From an uncultured Candidatus Binatia bacterium (lineage in GTDB: Bacteria; Desulfobacterota; Binatia; UBA9968; JAJDTQ01), in contig OZ243916.1 of assembly GCA_965213675.1 (NCBI GenBank), positions 3,840,001 to 3,904,000 on the forward strand: DNA of 64,000 bases. The letters run 5' to 3'. The translations under genes were made by a program, and so were the position numbers. This document shows positions 60,345 to 64,000 of the stretch, piece after piece. Numbering within the stretch: position 1 is the stretch's first letter; every line of letters starts with the position of its first letter. The notes below the pieces were generated by a model. The model did not search any database. It was not told the DNA's origin and saw nothing but the letters and a program-made list of their open reading frames with translations.

Positions 60345-61820
60345 ATGTCACAGACCAAGCACTTTTCCACGGATGTCGCCATCATCGGGTCCGGCGGGGC
60401 GGGTATGGCCGCGGGCATCGAGGCGCGGGATGCGGGCGCGAACGCCATCGCCTTCGAGAAGGCGGCGGACCTGGGCGGCGCCGCCATCATTTCCGGCGGC
60501 GGCTGCCTCATCGTGGGCACGCCGATCCAGAAGGCCAACGGCATCGTCGACACGCCGGACCTGGCCTTCAACGACTGGATCAAGTGGGGTGGACCTTCGG
60601 CCGACGAGGTGTGGGCGCGCTACTACATCGAGCATTCGCTGCACGACCTCTATTTCTGGGCCGAGCGCATGGGGGTCAAGTGGGTGGACATGAAGCAGCA
60701 GGAGGGCAACACGGCGGTGCGCTGGACCCGGGCCGAACGCAGCGGCCTGGGCCTGATGACGCACCTCATCGAGGCCTTCCGCGAGCGCGGCGGCGAGATC
60801 GTTTCCAACACCGAAATCACCGGGCTCAAGCGCGACAACGGCCGGGTCACGGGCTTCGTGGGCAAGGACGCCGCCACGGGCGCGGACGTGGAGGTGGACA
60901 GCAAGGTCGTGGTGGTGGCCACCGGCGGGTTCAACTCGAACATCGACATGGTGTTCGAAGCCAGCCCGGGGCTCAAGGGCGAGCGGGTCATGGAGGGCTC
61001 GGGCCGGGGCTCCACCGGAACCGGCCACCGGCTGGTGCGGCAGGCTGGGGGCTACCTCACCCACATGGACCATATCTGGTTCTATGTCTACGCGACGCCG
61101 GACTATCGCGACCCCGCCCAGCGGCGTGGCCTGGTGTTCCGGCAGGCCCCTGGCTACATCTGGATCAATCAGCAGGGCCGGCGTTTCCACAACGAGTCGT
61201 TGTCGGGCGGCAACTCGGCCACGCCTGCGCTCATGGCCCAGGAACCGCGGCACGCCTGGGCGGTGGTGGACACGCCCATGACCGCCAAGCTCGAGATCGC
61301 CGACCCCTACTACCGCGCTGGCGACAAGGTGGACCGGGACAAAGTGCAGGAGTTGCTCGACAACTCGCCGTTCATCAAGAAGGCGGATTCGCTGGAGGAA
61401 CTGGGCCGGTTCATGGAAGTGGACGTGCCGGTGCTCCTCGATACCGTGGAGCGCTACAACCAGGCGTGCGCGCAGGGGCTCGACAAGGAACCCGAATTCG
61501 GCAAGCCCCTCAAGCTGTCCAAGAAGTTCGACACCCCGCCCTACTACGCCATCCAGATTTTCCCGCTGGCGCGCAAGAACTTCGGCGGCGTCAAGACCGA
61601 CATCCGCTGCCGGGCGCTGAACAAACACTTCGAGCCGATCCCGGGTCTCTACGCCGCCGGCGAGGTGGCGGGCATGGCGGGTGGCCACATCAACGGGAGC
61701 GCGGGGTTGGAGGGGACCATGCTCGGCCCGTCCATCTTCAGCGGGCGCGTGGCCGGCGGTTGGGCGGCACACGAGGCGGGCTGCGGGGAAGGCTTCGTCG
61801 GGATTCCCAACCGCGACTGA
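60345..61820 (+). CDS. FAD_binding_2 flavoprotein (fumarate reductase/ketosteroid dehydrogenase-like)
   Basis: IIGSGGAG, ATGGF, GRRFHNE and PIPGLYAAGEVAG motifs. Confidence 0.88.
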   Translation: MSQTKHFSTDVAIIGSGGAGMAAGIEARDAGANAIAFEKAADLGGAAIISGGGCLIVGTPIQKANGIVDTPDLAFNDWIKWGGPSADEVWARYYIEHSLHDLYFWAERMGVKWVDMKQQEGNTAVRWTRAERSGLGLMTHLIEAFRERGGEIVSNTEITGLKRDNGRVTGFVGKDAATGADVEVDSKVVVVATGGFNSNIDMVFEASPGLKGERVMEGSGRGSTGTGHRLVRQAGGYLTHMDHIWFYVYATPDYRDPAQRRGLVFRQAPGYIWINQQGRRFHNESLSGGNSATPALMAQEPRHAWAVVDTPMTAKLEIADPYYRAGDKVDRDKVQELLDNSPFIKKADSLEELGRFMEVDVPVLLDTVERYNQACAQGLDKEPEFGKPLKLSKKFDTPPYYAIQIFPLARKNFGGVKTDIRCRALNKHFEPIPGLYAAGEVAGMAGGHINGSAGLEGTMLGPSIFSGRVAGGWAAHEAGCGEGFVGIPNRD

Positions 61821-61830
61821 GGCGCCGGAC

Positions 61831-64000
61831 ATGGCAAACGATTCGCACGTCGAGAAGGTCCGGGGCTATTGCGTGTTGTGCACCGCCCACTGCGCCACCG
61901 TCGCTACGGTGGAAGACGGGCGCGTGACGCGGCTCGATCCCGATCACGATCACCCCAACGGCGGCGCCATCTGCGTCAAGGGCAAGGCCGCGCCCGAGTT
62001 GGTCTACAACGGTGAGCGCCTGAACTACCCCCTGCGCCGTACTCATCCCAAGGGCGCGGAGGATCCGGGATGGGAACGCGTGAGCTGGGACGAGGCCCTG
62101 GACGACATCGCGGGGCGGCTGCTGCGCATCCGCGAGCGTTACGGTGCCGAGGCCATCGCCATGGCCCGGGGCACCGCCAGCGGCACGTCGGTGGACGACG
62201 TGAACCAGTGGTCGACGCGCCTGCTCAACCGCTTGGGCAGCCCCAACTCGGTGTCCACGACCCACGTATGCAACTGGCACCGGGACACGGCGTTCAGTTA
62301 CACATTCGGCGTGGCGCAGCCGTCGCCGGACGTGCTCCACAGTGGCGCCTTCCTCCTGTGGGGACACAATCCCGCCTCCACGCAACTCATGCTGGCCCAG
62401 GACACCGCCACCGCGCGCAAGCGCGGCATGAAGGTGGTGGTGGTGGACCCGCGCCGCGTCGGTTTCGGGAACCAGGCGGACGCCCTCCTTCAGGTGCGCC
62501 CAGGGGCCGACGGCGCCTTGGCCCTGGCTCTCATCCACGTGTTGATCGACGAAGGGCGCCACGATGAAGCATTCGTGCGCGACTGGACCAACGGCCCGTT
62601 TCTGCTGCGCCGGCACACCGGTGAAGCGCTGACCGCGGCGGATGTGATCGCCGGTGGCAGCGCGGAGCAGTATCTGGTCTGGGATGAGGCGACGCAACGG
62701 GCGGTGGCCTACGATCCCGCCGGCCGCGTGTATGCGGCCGGTGGCGTTCGGCCGGCCTTGCGCGGTGAATTCCGCGTCACCACGACGACGGGCGCGCAGG
62801 TCCCATGCGAACCGGCGTTCGCCGCCTTGGCGCGGCTGGCTTGTTCGTATGCGCCGGAACGCTCGGAGCCGGTCACACGGGTTCCCGCGGACCAGGTGCG
62901 TGAAGCGGCCCGTATTCTGAGCGACAACCGCCCGGTAAGCATGTTCATGTGGAACGGCGTGGGCCAGCACACCAACGCCACCCAGACCAGCCGGGCCATC
63001 TCCATCCTGTACGCGTTGCTGGGAGATTTCGATGCGCCGGGGGGGAATCTCATGCTGCCCATGGCGTCGTTCCAGGGTGTCGACGGCAAGGAGTTCCTGC
63101 CGGCCGAGGCCGCCGCCAGACGCATCGGTCGGGACGAGCGGCCGCTCGGTCCGGCCGCGAACCCTGGGGCGTGCGCGGCGCCGGACATCTACGCGGCCAT
63201 CCTCGAAGGAAAACCGTATCCGGTGCGCGCGCTCATCAACCTGGGCTCCAACACGGTCATCTCCAACGGCGGCACGCGGCGCGGGCGCGAGGCCCTGTGC
63301 GCCCTGGATCTCGGGGTGGCCGCCGAACTCTTTATGACGCCCACGGCGCAGCTCTGCGATTACGTGCTGCCGGCCACGAGCTTCCTGGAGATGGATCACC
63401 TTGTGGGCGGGTTCCGGCACCGCGTGGATGCGCGCACCCACGTCCAGTACCGCCGGCGCGCGGTGGAGCCCTTGGCGGAACGGCGCTCGGACACTTGGTT
63501 CGTGTTCGAACTGGCCCGGCGCATGGGCTTCGGCGACGACTTCTGGGGCGGCGACCTGGAAGCCGCCTATGGCCATCAATTGGCGCCCACGGGCCTGACC
63601 CTGGACGATTTGAAGTCCCAACCGGGTGGCGTCACCCTGCCAACCACGCGGCGTTACCGGAAATACGCCGACACGGACGACCGGGGACGGCCCAAGGGCT
63701 TCGCCAACCCGTCCGGCCGGGTGGAGATCTATTCCCACCGGCTGGCGCAGCACGGCTTCTTCGCACTGCCGCAGTACGAGGAGCCGGCCCTGAGCCCCGC
63801 CAGGCGGCCGGACCTGGCGGCGGACTACCCGCTGGTGCTCACCAACGCCAAGTTCACCACGTTCATCCACAGCCAGCAGCGCGCCCTCCCCAGTCTGCGC
63901 AAGGCCGCGCCGGAACCCACCGCCGAACTGCATCCCGAAACCGCGGCCGAGCACGGCATCGGTCAGGGACAATGGATGGTGGTGGAGAGTCCCAAGGGCG
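61831..64000 (+). CDS. Molybdopterin/tungsten bis-PGD oxidoreductase (DMSO reductase superfamily); runs off window edge
   Basis: Manual translation from ATG 61831: GYCVLCTAHC...ICVKG (4Fe-4S), RLNYPLRR, SWDEALD, THVCNW, VVDPRR, RPGAD, HSQQR...HPETA. Absent from the ORF track. Confidence 0.9.
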   Translation, partial: MANDSHVEKVRGYCVLCTAHCATVATVEDGRVTRLDPDHDHPNGGAICVKGKAAPELVYNGERLNYPLRRTHPKGAEDPGWERVSWDEALDDIAGRLLRIRERYGAEAIAMARGTASGTSVDDVNQWSTRLLNRLGSPNSVSTTHVCNWHRDTAFSYTFGVAQPSPDVLHSGAFLLWGHNPASTQLMLAQDTATARKRGMKVVVVDPRRVGFGNQADALLQVRPGADGALALALIHVLIDEGRHDEAFVRDWTNGPFLLRRHTGEALTAADVIAGGSAEQYLVWDEATQRAVAYDPAGRVYAAGGVRPALRGEFRVTTTTGAQVPCEPAFAALARLACSYAPERSEPVTRVPADQVREAARILSDNRPVSMFMWNGVGQHTNATQTSRAISILYALLGDFDAPGGNLMLPMASFQGVDGKEFLPAEAAARRIGRDERPLGPAANPGACAAPDIYAAILEGKPYPVRALINLGSNTVISNGGTRRGREALCALDLGVAAELFMTPTAQLCDYVLPATSFLEMDHLVGGFRHRVDARTHVQYRRRAVEPLAERRSDTWFVFELARRMGFGDDFWGGDLEAAYGHQLAPTGLTLDDLKSQPGGVTLPTTRRYRKYADTDDRGRPKGFANPSGRVEIYSHRLAQHGFFALPQYEEPALSPARRPDLAADYPLVLTNAKFTTFIHSQQRALPSLRKAAPEPTAELHPETAAEHGIGQGQWMVVESPKG

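Overview
High-GC (roughly 65-70% by eye) bacterial chromosomal window. Gene content (two tripartite tricarboxylate transporter loci, many catabolic hydrolases and oxidoreductases, rpmE-prfA-prmC-murA-hisDBHAF, trxB, moaC-radC) suggests a deltaproteobacterium-like heterotroph such as Binatia; this is inference only. About 50 CDS and one tRNA-Phe(GAA) are supported. No rRNA or CRISPR array was seen. Main points of interest: (1) A ~5.1 kb decayed defence island at 52683-57779, bounded by a 17-bp direct repeat that is one arm of a REP-like palindrome. It holds an intact AbiEi/AbiEii pair with its operator, a KwaA-like pseudogene, an IS5-truncated AAA-ATPase, and a tyrosine-integrase arm-domain remnant next to the right repeat. 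(2) Two sequence-distinct MITE-like families, both exactly 159 bp with GAGC...GCTC ends and CTAG-like flanks. They share a rod-like fold and the same core motif at the same offset; fragments supply the stop codons of two genes. (3) Nested REP-like palindromes. (4) An overlapping GCS2-ligase/CBS plus M14 deacylase gene pair of unknown function. (5) A DUF1640-like gene frameshifted by a perfect 22-bp tandem duplication. All family calls come from motif recognition by eye; no database searches were run.
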